Positions 40,101 through 53,509 are shown, counted from the stretch's first letter. The stretch: DNA of 64,000 nucleotides from Vicugna vicugna (GCA_013265495.1 MU058839.1:62001-126000); one strand, 5' to 3'. The notes: generated from the sequence alone by a model not told the origin. Numbers and translations are program-made.

Positions 40101-41884
40101 GTCCTACCTGCTCCCTTCCTTGGATGAGGTTGGAAGGCCCAGGTTACATGGATGTGGACGTATACTAAGTAGATAAGGTGTGTGACAGAGAGAGGAACTG
40201 ACCTGATAAGGGACGCTTACAGAGCACCGGGAGCACAACTTAACAGACTGAACTTTGGTTGCCTTTGCTGATGTATTGACCAAAACCGTTCTGTACAGTT
40301 TGCTCAGCAGGCTGGCTTTCAGTGAACAAACATAACAGATTATGCTAAAAATCTGTGGTAAACCATACCACTTCTTACTTGCAGTGGAATTTCATCCTAA
40401 ACATGATGCTTTATCCAGTGTGCTAACCTCCAGGTATAAGCTTCAAAGGAGAAGAGAAGGCCTACAGTTTCTCAGGTCTTCCTCTTATCTAGGTGTCCCT
40501 GCGAAATGACATTCTTTGTCCTAAAATGGTATTAAGTGTCCCATGAACCCTCTCCAACAAGCTTCCATTTCCACAAACCCTGCCTCATAAACCTTCACTG
40601 CTTTGCACCAGAGCAGGTAAGGATTCTGATTATGGCAAAAAAAAAAAAAAAGTATATGTTAACTAGTTGCTAAAAGTATTATCCAATTTATCTCCAAGTA
40701 AATGTCCCACAGTGACTTCAGGGACAGGGTTCTTTCTCTCCTTTTGGCTTTTTATACAAAATTCTTTTAAACTGCAAGCGTAGATTAAAATTTCCATCAA
40801 ATATAATTAGAAAAGGTGTACTGGAAGAATTATACATACATTCTTGAAAAGTCGTACCTATCACTACTCCATTTTATAAATTATTTCTTTAAAAATTATG
40901 TTTTCTTTGTGATATTTGCATTGCAGAAAGCAAATTGAAATTAATCTTTTCTTCACTAGGAATACTGTAGGGTAAAGAACTTACACTAGCAATGAATGAG
41001 TGTTTTGCAACCGTGCTTTTGCAAAAATGAAATATTACAAGTGACATTAGGAATAATGAATTGCAGAACAGTAGTGGCGGAAATCCTGGAGCTCTGTCAT
41101 GGGAGGGTTAGAGTTACCACAAACTTCCCTTCTTATCACTAGCAGCCTTCAACCCGCTGTGTGAGTGAGAGCTTTGAGTTCAAGTGAGGGCCCTGCATCA
41201 CCATGTGGAGAACTGTGTGTGCAGAGTGGGCGTCAGGAAGTAGTCCAGAATCCAGATAATTTTCTTCATGATTAAAATTTCTTGCTAACAGTTTATAGGT
41301 GAATTCACAAAAGGTTACTTCTACAGAGAGCAGGAAGGAGATAACTATGAAAACAGGACAATCACAATTCACCACAGGAATATTTACCAACATAAAATTT
41401 TGGTCCAAGGTACGTATATTAAGCTGTGGATTACAGCCTGTAGTATGACTGTGACCGTCTACAATTAGTTGAAAGGAAATAATTTTTTAATTAGGATTGC
41501 CACTCATCTAGAGCCTGGGGTTAAAAAGTAGGAAAGGGAAAAAGAAAGGGAAAAAAAATCCAAAAACCTCTGCACATCAATTTCATGATCTTTTCTATCT
41601 TAATGCTCAGCCAGGATAAAGTAGCTCTAAGAAAATGAGATCTACAGCCTAAAAATGTAAGTACAGAATTAATTCCCTATTTAAAAATTAGATTATTGAT
41701 TCTCTAAACATTTGGTTGCTAACCAGCACTTGTCCCTGGGATTGCGTCTTATTATAGGATACTGAGGCGGTATCAAAATCAGGAAGGGCTGAGTTTTACT
41801 CCCAGTTTTTTTCCAAGTACCTAAATTTGGAGTATTTATCCTTTGGGGCCCTTGTGTAATTTTCCTCCCTTCAGGAGAGGTACA

Positions 41885-42110
41885 GGGTGTGGTAGAAAGA
41901 ACACAGGTCTTTGTGTCAGAAGGTAGAGAGGGTTCAGATCCACCCCTGACTAGCTCTAGACCTTGGACAAATCCCTTAATCCCTGAAAGCCTCAGCTTCC
42001 ACATCCGCACAAAGGGGATAAACCTATCACAGATATCTATCTTAGAGATCATAAATGATACAGCACACGCAAGCTGACTAACATACCGTAGCAAATCTCT
42101 TGGTTTGATG
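41885..42110 (+). mobile_element. MIR SINE
   Basis: gggttcagatcc...gaccttggacaaatcccttaatccctgaaagcctcagcttccacatc. Confidence 0.7.
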
Positions 42111-42227
42111 GCTTGAGCCCAAAACCTCACATCTACACACCGCCATCCCAGTGGAGTAATAACGAATGACAACAGTGGAAACAACAGCAGCTAGTTAGGC
42201 GCCCTGCCTTTCTTTTCTTGTTTTCCT

Positions 42228-42320
42228 TCTTGTATATATTTAAGATGTACAACATGATGATTTGATGTATGTATACACTGTAAAATATTCACTACAATCA
42301 AGGTAATTAATATCCATCTC
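42228..42320 (-). mobile_element. Short L1 3' terminal fragment (L1MA-like)
   Basis: tgtatatatttaagatgtacaacatgatgatttgatgtatgtatacactgtaaaatattcactacaatcaaggtaattaatatccatc. Confidence 0.7.
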
Positions 42321-44249
42321 AGATGCCTTTCTAAGCAATAGGGATAGACATAGATATATAGTGGGGAGTATATATACATATATAAAACTCACTGTATGTA
42401 TTTACACAGGAAGGAACTGAGATGCCAAGAGGTTAATACTATTCTTGAGGTTTTTCAGCTAGATGGCCATGCAACCAGGGTTCCAACCCAGTCTGGAGCT
42501 AAATATTGTACTTACAACTTCTCTGCTGAGCTCTTCCTTCCCAGAATCCCCAGCTAAGAGCTACTGACAGCTCACTGACTCTGACTGGGTTATGTGCCTC
42601 TTCTTAAGCCAATCACTGTAGGTTGCTGGGGACAGGATATGCTGATTGGCTTAAAGCAGTTAGGACCCACCTTGAAGCTGGGAATATGGTCTGTGCATTG
42701 ACAGCAGCTGGATGAGGCAGGTACCAGGAGTCTTTGGCAAAAGGGACTGTTAGGGAAGAGGAGATGAATACTGGGAATGGATATAAACTGTTGGTGGAGC
42801 CTCCCAATGAGCTTGAGATTTAGAAGGAAAGGAAAACAGGTATGCAGGGCCATAATACAAGGCACTCAGTAATACACTTCACAGCTCACTTCTACATGGC
42901 ATCAGGGTGCCTGCAGGTTGGTAAGTCTCCATTCCTTTTTCTCCTGTCCTGAATTACTTCTTGTCTATTTTCATCCATCCATCCATTCATTCATTCATTC
43001 AATAGATACCAGAGCATCTACCTTGTGTCATGCATGGGTGGCACTGGGACTTCTGAGGTGAACAAGGTGGTTACAGTTGCTGCCCGTTTGGAGCTCACAC
43101 AGCACTGGAGGAACCACTGCTACAGTTAACAGTGCAATAAGCAGCCACAACAGGGAGCTGTGGTTAGGAAAGTGCAGGGTGATGTCCAAACCCATAACGG
43201 AGGGATCTGACCCAGGTGTGAGTCCAGGGGAAGTTTCTAGGAATAAATGACACCAAATCCAAGACTCCAGGGGAAAGGAGGAGTTGGCTAAACAAAGGTG
43301 GTTGCAGATAGGACCTCAGAAACTCTGTCCTATAAATACTCTGGCTAGCTTTTTTCTCTAAGCCCTGTAGCAATGGCCTCAAAGCCACCATTAGAGTTCT
43401 TTTAAAGAAATTTAAAATATGAGATTAATTGAATTGATTTATGTATGCTTTATATTAGGTAAGACTGTACATTACCGAACTATGTTCCAGGAGCCCTAGG
43501 GTTCCGCAGAGGTCTCAGGGGCTCAGTGGATGGAAGTGAGGAGTAGAGATGGAGGATCTGTTCCTCTCAGAGGGCAAAGAAGCTGAGCAGGGAGACTCCT
43601 GGTCTCCTTTTGCCTGATTTGACTAGACCAGCTCTGCCTTTATGCTTTATATAGTGGAAAATTTAAGTATGTATTATTGGGAGGCTTAAAAATAAGGTTT
43701 GAATAGCCCTGAGATCAAATATGGATTTATTAGATTTCCTTAAACTGATTGTGTTGGAACATTTATTTATATAATCGAGCAATCAGGTCCTTGACTGAGA
43801 TTATAACTATCATCATGACACAGTCTCCATGAGAAAGTTCTGATTCAGCTTACATATTTCAAATTATAATGCCTTTTCTGGGAATTCATCCCTGTATAGA
43901 ACTATCTGGTTGTGGCAAGAAAGACATGAGAGGTTCCAACATATGCAATCAGATTTCAATGAGAAAAGAAAGTAGACTTTTGCTTTGAGTAATCTGTGAT
44001 GCTTTCAGAGAGGCAGTAGCCTCTGAACCAGAATTTGTTGGATTTAAATAGTGATGGAAGAGAAAGAGGAGGGCTTTCCATATGAAAGGGGGAAAATGGA
44101 GAAAAACATAGGGCAGAAATGCAAAATCATGTTTGGAGAAAAATAAGATAAATAACTTGGCTTGAACCTGAGTATTGTGTGGAGAAGTTACATGATTTGA
44201 GACTGAAATAATAACTTGGGTCAACAGGGTAGAGGGACAAGAATGACAA

Positions 44250-44640
44250 ATAATTCCCTTCCTTCATCAGGGCCTTTGTACTTGCTATTCTCTCTCCTTA
44301 GAATGCTCTCCCCAGATATCCAGATGATCAGGTCCTGCTCATTATTCATGTCTTCAGTCAAAGTCATTTCTTCCAAAAGGTCTACTTTGACCAACTTTTT
44401 AAAGCAATTCCCTCTTTACCCAGCAACTCACTCTCTACCTATTACTACATTTCATTTCCTTCACAGCACTAAATTACCTTGTTCGTTTGCTTACTTGTTT
44501 ACTGCCTATCTTCTCACTAGAAGGCAAAAGCCATGAAAGCAGGGATCTTTTCTATCTTGCTCACTGCTGAATCCCCAGTGCTGTGCAAGTGCATGGCACT
44601 TACCAGGTTCTCAGTAAGTATTTGCTCAATGAATGATTGT
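44250..44640 (+). mobile_element. LINE-2 (L2a-like) 3' end
   Basis: cagggcctttgtacttgctattctctct..agaatgctct...gctcactgctgaatccccagtg...tatttgctcaatgaatga. Confidence 0.75.
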
Positions 44641-44809
44641 ATGAGTTGTTCTTTAGTCAGTGGATAATGAGGAACCATACAATTTTTGAGTAAAGAGATG
44701 AATCCCAGTGGTATTCAAAAGAAGTTAATTTGACAGCAGACAGCAGATTTTAGGATGGAATGAGGCAGTATGAGATTTAAGGGCAGGGAGATCAATTAGG
44801 AGGCTATTT

Positions 44810-47800
44810 ATTTTATTTTATTTTAACTGGACCAGTCATTCTTTTTTTAATTGAGTAATAGTCATTTTACAATGTTGTGTCAAATTCTAGTGTAGAGCAC
44901 AATTTTTCAGTTATATATGAATATATGTATATTCATTGTCAAATTTTTTTTTTGCTATGAGTTACCACAAGATCTTGTATATATTTCCCTGTACTATACA
45001 GTATAGTCTTGTTTACCTATTCTGCATTTTAAAATCCCAGTCTGTCCTTTCCTACCCTCTGCACACTTGGCAACCACAAGTTTGTATTCTATGTCTATGA
45101 GTCTGTTTCTGTTTTGTATTTATGTTTGGGTTTTTTTGTTGTTTGTTTTTTTAGATTCCACATACGAGTGATCTCATATGGTATTTTTCTTTCTCTTTCT
45201 GGCTTACTCACTTAGAGTGACATTCTCCAGGAACATCGATGTTGCTGCAAATGGCATTGTTGTCGGTCTCTGTGGCTGAATAGTATTCCATTGTATAAAT
45301 ATATCACAGCTTCTTTATTCAGTCATCTGTTGATGGACATTTATGCTGTTTCCATGTCTTGGCTATTGTAAATAGTGTTGCTATGAACATTGGGGTTCAG
45401 GTGCCATTTTGAAGTAGGATTTCTTCTGGATATATGCCCAGGAGCGGGATTTCTGGGTCCTATGGTAAGTCTACTCCTAGTCTTTTGAGGAATCTCCATA
45501 CTGTTTTCCACAGTGGCTTTCCTTGCTTCCCTCTCCCACTCTTAATGATTTAGTTGTCTTCTTTTACAATTTTGTGTTTATTTTTTTAGTTATTCATGGC
45601 AATTATCTCCTTTCCAGTTATGAGTTTCTCATTTTTGTAGCATCCTGCTTCTTTTCTACTTAGAGTAGACCTGTCAATATTTCTTTTAGCATGGGTTTAG
45701 TGTTGCTAAACTCTTTTAGTTTTTGCTTGTCTGTGAAGTTCTTTATCTCTCCTATTCTGAAGGATAGCCTTGCTGGATAGAGTATCCTAGGCTGCATCTT
45801 TTTTTCATTCAAGACTTTGAATATATCTTACCACTCCCTTCTGGCCTGTAGTGTTTGTGTAGAGAAATCAGCTGGGAGCCTTATGGGGGTTCCATTGTAA
45901 CTCACTCTTTGATTTTCTCTTGCTGCCTTTAGGATCATTTCTTTATCCTTGACTCTGGCCATCTTGATTATGATATGTCTTGGTGTGGGTCTGCTTGGGT
46001 TCTTCTTGTTTGGTACCCTCTGAGTCTCCAGTACTTGGATATCTGATTCCTTCTTTAGGTATGGGAAGTTTTCAGTCATGATTTCTTCAAATATCTTTTC
46101 AATCCACTTTGTTCTATCTTCCCCTTCTGGAACCCCTATTATGCATAGATTGGCACACTTTATATTATCCCATAGGTCCCTTATGTTGTTTTCATTGTTT
46201 TTTATTTGTTTTTTCTCTCAGCTCTTCTAATTGGGTGCTTTCTGTTGTCCTGTCTTCTAGGTCACTTAGTCGTTCCTCTGCATTATCTAGCCTGCTTTGT
46301 ACAGCCTTTAGATCAGCTCTCATCTCAGCAAATGAGTTTACTAATTCTACTTGGTTCTTCTTTATAGCTTGTATTTCATTTTTGACATATTTTATATCTC
46401 TAAACACTATTTCTTTTAGTTCCTTCAGTACTTCAATCACTCCTTTATTGAAATCTTGATCTAGTAGGCCATCAATGTCTATTTCCTTGATCGTGCTTTC
46501 AGGGGATTTCTCTTGATCTTTTAATTGGGAGTGGTTCCTCTGCTTTTTCATATTGCTCATATCTCTCTGGCATTGTGGCTTAAGGCGTGTTAGTTATCTA
46601 GTTCTCCTGGAGACGGTGTGCTCTTAATGATTTTATCGAGAGGTCTTTGTGTCTTCGCCCTGTTTCGCTAACTCAGCTTGCTGTTTCCAGAGGTCCTCTG
46701 TTGGTGCCCTCGTCTGTGCTGCTCCCAGTGGCTGTCAGCTAGCAGATCACTCCCCCTCCTAACACTGGATCAGGAGCTGAGCTCTTACCCGGTGGGCGGA
46801 CGGGTCACTCCCCCTCCCAATGCCGCTGTCAGATGCTGCACTGGGGGAGGGGAGGCAGGTTGGTGGATCGCACCCCCTCCCAGCACCATGGGCAGATGCT
46901 GCGTTCCTGCCAGGAAGGGGGTTGGCCTCCCGCCCTCTCCCAGCACTGGTCACTCTGCTGCTCTGTGCAGCTGCCCACTCCGCCTCCGGTCGGTGCTCCA
47001 AAGGCAGGCTCAGGGAAGACTGCAGAACAGCCCTGCTCCTGCTCCATGCCAGATCTCAGCTCCTTGTTTGTGTTGGCAGCGCGAGTTCTCTGAGGTGTCA
47101 GGGCAGAAAGATCCTATCTGCCTCGGGCTGTGAACAAGTCTCAGTCCTGCCTAGGAGGTTGCGGAGTCCCCAGTGCGGATTCCTGATTCTCAGCCCCGCC
47201 TCCGTCTGGGTGCTGTGCCCAGGAGAATATGGTGGCTGTGGCTGCGCCCTACCTCTCTTCTCAGGAGAAGCACCAGTAATGGCGACACAGGTCTGGGGAG
47301 ACAAATGCTACGGCACCCCTCCCCCCAGTGCACACTAGCCATGTTGCTTTGCTTTTTTCACAATTTATGGGGGACTGAGATTGTTCTGCTCCATATCCCC
47401 TCCCAGCCATGGCGTGTAGCACCCTGCAGTCCCCTGGGGCTGCCTCAGTGCAGCTGCCCCAGTCCTCCGCCTGGCTTGGGCGGCCTGTCCCAGCCCCAGC
47501 TGCCGGCTCGTACCTTGGGCCGGGTGTTGTGGGGACCCTTTGTGCCCGTTTAACTTAGTTCTGTAGGTCAAGGGATGTTCGGGGCAGATCTGAGCCTCGG
47601 AGGCTTCCCCTCCATCTCACTGGCCTCTCCTTTGAAGAGGAGAGACCTAGCGAATGAGCGCCTGTCCTCCTTTGCCGCTCCCTCCCCTTGGGACCAGTCC
47701 CGCACTGTTTTGCTTTTTCTTCTTTCTTTTTCCCTTTTATCCTACCAGATTTTTGGCATCTTTGTCTTTCGAAGAGGGCGATGTTCTGTCAGAGTTCGGC

Positions 47801-47900
47801 AGGTGCTCTGGTTGGCTGAGTAGGTCTGTAGATGTGAGTTTTGGTGTATTTGTGGGAGAGAGTGAGCTACAAACATCCTTCTACTCCACCATCTTGCTTC
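44810..47900 (-). mobile_element. LINE-1 derivative with full CpG-rich 5'UTR + ORF1 joined directly to the L1 3' end (nearly all ORF2 missing; HAL1-like)
   Basis: 5'UTR ~47900-46565; ORF1 46560 to ~45660 (MSNMKKQRNH..., RPTPRHIIIKM..IRLPADFS..LQARREW; disrupted); junction ~45518; 3' end and A-rich tail; TSD TTAGGAGGCTATTT at 44796-44809 and 47901-47914. Confidence 0.9.
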
Positions 47901-47914
47901 TTAGGAGGCTATTT

Positions 47915-48430
47915 TAATAGTCAAAAGGGATAAGATCCTGAACTCTGGCAGTGGCAGTGGGATAGGTGAAAGAATTGTGAAGATCAAAGGCATGTTACTT
48001 GAGGACTGATTAGATATGAGAGGTGGGGGACAGCTGGGAATTAAAGGAATGCCTTACTTAGAAAGAGGGAAAAGGACCTAGTTTGGGCAGAGTTCAAATT
48101 GAAGCATCCTGAGCTTTAAGTGACACATTTGGAAATGAAATATGAAATCATGTAGGCCATGTGTGCCCTTGCCTGTAAAGAGGAGCTAGAAGAGGAAATA
48201 AAGATTTGGGAGTTAACAGCTTAGAAGTGATAGTTCACCCCTTGGTAGTGAATAAGGTCTCTGAGGAAAGGTATAGAAAGAAAAGGGCAGAGGGCTGAGA
48301 ATAGCAGTGTGGAGAGCAGCTGTATTCCAAGGATGAAAGAAAGGGAAGGAGATGCAGGAAATGGGGTGGGGGAGGGGAGAAATTCAAGAAGGAAAAAGTG
48401 AATTGGAATGAGAGTATGTCAAGGTGATCA
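47915..48430 (-). mobile_element. LINE-2 body, the target into which the L1 inserted (continues at 44640-44795)
   Basis: Pre-insertion caattaggaggctattttaatagtc...ggcagtggcagtgggatag...aaagatttgggagtt is typical antisense L2. Confidence 0.55.
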
Positions 48431-49700
48431 CAGGATGCCAGAATATGGGGGATGAGGACATGCAGGATGAAGACAGGAACCTCCCACTTCTGTCCCTGCA
48501 ATAGGAAGAGCAGTATTCAATGTCATCTGTTTACCATGACCAAGACCCTCTGCCCCTTTGCCACTCTTCCTAGAATCCTGAACCTACCTGTGTGTAAGTT
48601 CTACAGAACCCCTCAGCAAGCACACCTTTTCAAAGACCCTCCACAATTTTAAAACCCAATTTGTCTTTACTGCTTTCCTGTATGTGATTTTTCTTCCCTT
48701 AATACCCGGTACCTAATGATGAAGATCTAGTTTGAATCTCTTAATTACTAGACATCAACAGTAGAATCATGCAAATCACAATAACCATAATAATGGTCCA
48801 TAATAGTTAATTATTTACACCTAATCTCATTAACATTGCTATTGCTTGTCATCACTGTGTGCCTATTAGATAGGCTATAAGAAGAAAAAAAGGATAATGA
48901 CTTCTCTTTCCTTTTTCAAAGTCATGGACTATGTTTCTAGTCATCTCTGGAATGTATCTCTATATGCCTTGTGTTTTTGACTAAGGTCTCACTGAATTTA
49001 AGTGAAAGGGAATCTTTGGTACAGAAAAAACTTGATATAACTGAGGCAATTTAGAGCTTCCACCTCCCTTCAGGACCCCTGTACCTGGAGTCAAGTTATG
49101 TGAAAATCACTGCTGCCCCATAGGACTTTAAAAGTTAGAGTGATCAAATGTCTCCTCAGCCACGTTTATTAGCACATGCTAATGTGTGTGCATAGAAAGT
49201 GGGAAAGATATGAAAAGGAAGCACCAGCCTTGGGCCTTTCACGGGCCTGGGGGAGGACATGCCTGATACAGGAATGATTATGGCATAAGAAGAAGACAGG
49301 TGTGCAGAGGGTGCAGCCTGTGCCCTGAGCCCTAGGAGTGCTTTGTAGTCAGGCTCTGGGCAGCAAAAGATGAGGCAGAAACACCATCAGTCAGGACCGA
49401 GAGCCAAGATTAAAAACCACAGAAGCATGAGAGTCCCTGTTATAGTCCTGGATTCTTTGGGCTCAAGACACTGGGTCACTAGGGAACAACATGGTTGAGT
49501 GTAGGACCCTATGGACCAGAGTTAGGCAGCAACTGAACTAAATTAGCCCTTCTGGAGAATGAACACCAGTGGGGACAAAAGGGAAACCAAGATCTAGTAC
49601 CCAAGAAAAAGCAGTTTTAGTCTCCATATAGGAAACTCTTGGTGTTGGTCCAGTAAGCTTACAGAGAAAGGACATTTGTTGGCATTTAAAAATTAGGAAG

Positions 49701-49857
49701 CTAAGTGTCCATCAACAGATGAATGGATAAAGAAGTTATGGTATATATACAATGGAATACTACTGAGCCATAAAAATGAAATTTCATCATTTGTAACAAC
49801 ATGGATGGATTTGGAGGGTATTAGGCTAAGTGAAATAAATCAGAGAAAGAAAAAAAA
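49701..49857 (+). mobile_element. Short L1 fragment (end of ORF2 region) with TSD
   Basis: ctaagtgtccatcaacagatgaatggataaagaag...tacaatggaatactac...ctaagtgaaataaatcagagaaag + A run; TSD aaaa(a/g)ttaggaag at 49688-49700 and 49854-49866. Confidence 0.85.
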
Positions 49858-50619
49858 GTTAGGAAGAATATAGTTTTCATCTGGAACATTTGTCTATTCA
49901 AGGTCTTCCAGGAGTCACTTCCAGGTTTTTCTACTGTCTGAGATTTAGGTAAACTTTTCTCAAATCCCTTGCACACAACTGGGGATTATTGAGAGCCCAC
50001 TACTCTGACTGTACATTTCCAGGCTTACTTTATTCTCTGTCTCTACTCTTGCATTCATCTATACAATTTAGATCCTCACCAAACCACAGGTCTGACCCAG
50101 GTGCAATATCCTGTCCCTAATCAACTTTCATAGGAAATCCATTCACACAGAGTATACCTGAATTTTTATAATTTTATTGAATATTTGTCAGGACAGGAGG
50201 CAGGTGGCAATCACATCTGTTCATTTATTGAGTATTTATTATGTTTTAGTTACTGTTCTCCGTGCAGTAGATATAGCAGTGAACAAGACAGACAAAATTT
50301 CTGACTTCCTAGTCACCAATCCAGTGGGGGAGGTAGATGACAAACTCCATGGAGAGTGTGACCATCTGCAGTTTCCCGAATCCTAGCCTTTCCATCCTCC
50401 TCTTACACTTGAGCCACTCTGTCATGCTCTGCAGCATTTTGAAGCCTCTGCTCTGATATGTGACCCCATGGCCCTGCCAGGTTGCTTTGTCTTTCACAGC
50501 CCCCTGACCTTGGAATTTTGGCAGACAAAAAAGTCTACATCTTTTTACACAGGATTCTTCAATTCCACGGAGCTAGAACTTGGCAGGTCTTCCAGCCACC
50601 CAGCTGCCAGCTGGGAATT

Positions 50620-50850
50620 TAGTATAGTGGGTGGGACAATGGCATGAACATAGAAATTTGGGATAAGGCAGGTCTGGGATCAAAACTCTGCCTCTCACTT
50701 GTTGTGTAGTGTTGAATATGTTTCTTAATCTTTCTAGGACTTCATTTTTCTCATCTGTAAAATGGAGCTATTAATAACATCCTCTTAATGTGAGAGTAAA
50801 GATTAAATGTGAAAAGTTTCCAGCACAGTATAGGTGCTTAAATATGACTA
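50620..50850 (+). mobile_element. MIR SINE
   Basis: catttttctcatctgtaaaatggagctattaataac...gattaaatgtg...cagcacagtataggtgcttaaat. Confidence 0.7.
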
Positions 50851-51469
50851 GTGTATTTCCTTTAGGTTCTAGAGAGATTCTGGGGTACACCAGGAAGTGG
50901 AATCAACCAGAACTCAGGTCCGGACACAAAGACAGTCATGGGTTATATGAGAGAAAGAAAGTTAGCACTTACTACACTTTAAGGGGGGCAACACAGGTAT
51001 TCATGGGTCAACCCCTGTGACCTCTGTGATGAACAGAAGAGTGACCTTCTCCAGTGTCATAAAGTAGGTGGGACACTTAACTAAACACTTCCTTCCCCCG
51101 AGACCTTGGAACTAAGGTTTAGCTCTCACTCCTGCTCTAGCAAAAATGGCTTAAGATGGAACTGGAGCAGAACAAAAATTGCACAGGGAAGTCATTAATA
51201 GTCCCATGGGTGGGGGCTAGCAAAGACAGAAGCAGGACAGGCTGAAAAGACACTCAACACTGTGAAGAAGTAGAGGCTGGATGTCCCATCTGGTAAGGAT
51301 CAAAGCCATAAAATATCCCCAAGAATGGAAGATGCCCAAGGTGGCTGTACTGGCAGAATTCTGACATCTGTGGTGGGAATAAACAACTGGCTCCTAGGAT
51401 ATGGCCACTGGGAGCTGAAGGGCTGAGATTCTCAGACTCTTCAGCTTGGAAGGGCTCTGAAAGATCATC

Positions 51470-51660
51470 CAGACTGGGGGTTCCCAAACATGACCCCTGA
51501 TCTAGCATGACTGAATGAGAAGTGCCCAGGTTTGAGGCAGGCAAAACATTTAAATACTTCTCAGGTGATTCTAGTGGCTTGGGGTGGGGACTAGAGAGTC
51601 TACATTTCTAACCAAGCTCTCAGCAGATGTCTGACCATATTTTGAGTAGCAGGGTCCTAG
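51470..51660. mobile_element. MER5A-like hAT MITE inside an older MIR3/L3-like remnant
   Basis: ggggttcccaaac...gagtctacatttctaaccaagctc...accatattttgagtagcaggg. Confidence 0.5.
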
Positions 51661-52499
51661 ACTGACTTCACAGCAGATGCTTGACTCTTCCCTAGATAGT
51701 CTATCAAAAGGTCCTTTGACCCCTGCTTGATTATCTCCAGTGAAAGGAATCTCATTACCTCTGATGGAGCCTGTTCAAACTTTATCCCTCCTAGTTAACA
51801 CCTTGTGTGTATATGTTTCCTAAGTACTGCTGTTGACATTTGTAGCCTACTCTATCCTTTGACAACTCTGCCGGAAAATCCTTACTAATGTTTTTCTACC
51901 ATTGATCATTTAAAGGTTATAACATTAACTATAGGTTTTTGTAGAAAATATGGAAAATATAGACCTATAGAGGGAAACATTTATAATAATGATATCACCA
52001 ACTAGAGATACCTACTATTGAAATACTGGAGTATTTCCTTCTAGTTCTTCCTTATACTTTGAAATCTGATTCCTGTGTCATTCTCCCTTAGAATCTCAGA
52101 GAACAAAGCTCAGCCCCATCCCTTTTCTCTCTCACAGCTCTGGGCAATGGGCAGCAATTCTCCACTGGCCAGTGCTCCAGTGCCTGCCTCTCCTAATGTC
52201 TCTGTGGGCCCACTCCTTACAGGAGCAAAGTTTGGCAGAGACAAGAGGGAGGAGAACTCAGGCCCTCTGGGTGAGATGTCACTGCTGGCGCTCATTGAGC
52301 CATGGGCTGTTTTTCAAGTCATGGGGATGGCTTTACAATGAGCCACTCTATTCTTTCACTTGATACTGCTTGTCACCAGTAAGCAAACATTTCAAGGATT
52401 CTGTGACCACAGAACAGAATGTTTTTCACTTGGCAAAGGCAATTGGCTCCCAGCCAATCATAACCTCACTCTTGTTCAGTTTCATTAGTCTTATGACCC

Positions 52500-52730
52500 A
52501 CTGAGTGTGGGCTCATGAGTAAACACCTGGATTCAAAGCCTGTCTCCATCATTTCTTACTAACTCTGAGAAGTTGGACAAGTTACTTAGCCCTTCTATGC
52601 CTCAGTTTCCTCATCTTTAAATGAAGATACTACTACTACTCTCCTACAGAGTTCTTCTGTGGATTAAGTGTGTTAATCCACATTAGGTTTTTAAAACAGT
52701 GTCTGACTCATGAAAGAACTCAGGAGATGA
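52500..52730 (+). mobile_element. MIR SINE
   Basis: ttggacaagttacttagcccttctatgcctcagtttcctcatctttaaaatgaagata. Confidence 0.8.
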
Positions 52731-53509
52731 TATCTAAAATGTACACACACAAACAGCCACAATATCAAGTTTAATCGGTAAGATATACTGAGATAAGGAG
52801 ATAAGCTTAGTACTTATTTCTGCACTTTAACCTCGAGAAAGACCTGGCTAAGGAAAGGTTCTCAAAGTGCCCAGAGCCAACTGTGACAAGGAGTATGTTC
52901 TGCCTCGGAAGCCAATCACCTGTGGTCCTGCACCTCCTCTGAAGGAGCTGCACTCTGAGCTTTGAGCACAGCAGCTGGGGTGGAACAGGTGCTTGGTAAA
53001 AGTTGAGCAATGAGGACTGCTGTCACCACTTCCCTCACTATTTCTGGTTCTGCCTAGTGGGTGCCAGGATACAGGTGGAAAACCTGGGAAATTGGTAGTA
53101 TTTTTCAGTTAGGACGGGTTCTCCCTAGGACAGAACATTGAGGATTCCATGTCACTCCCTTTGCATGCTGCAGAGACCTGTGGCCAAACATCATGCTATG
53201 AGTCTTGAAAGCTGTGCTCAATCCCCAGGGAGTCACTGGCTGTGCTCTGGGCACTTAGTACATTATTGCAATTATAGCTGGTTTTCTAGACAGTGTCTAA
53301 ATGGCACCCTGATGACTAGAAAAAGATAATGTTCAACCCTATACACCTAACTTCCTATCAGAGAATCAATTAGACACTGGGGACAATCTGGCTCATTAAT
53401 AAATAAGTTCATTTCTGTGTTTCGTAATCCAGACCATAAATAGCTTACCCCATACACTGATCCTTGAATTTATAACCCTTTCTCTTTTTTGCCTCTTTGT
53501 CCATTCCTT

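Noticed and set aside
46678..47917. Many overlapping ORFs and CpG-island-like composition
   Set aside because: Explained by the GC-rich L1 5'UTR, not a host gene promoter.
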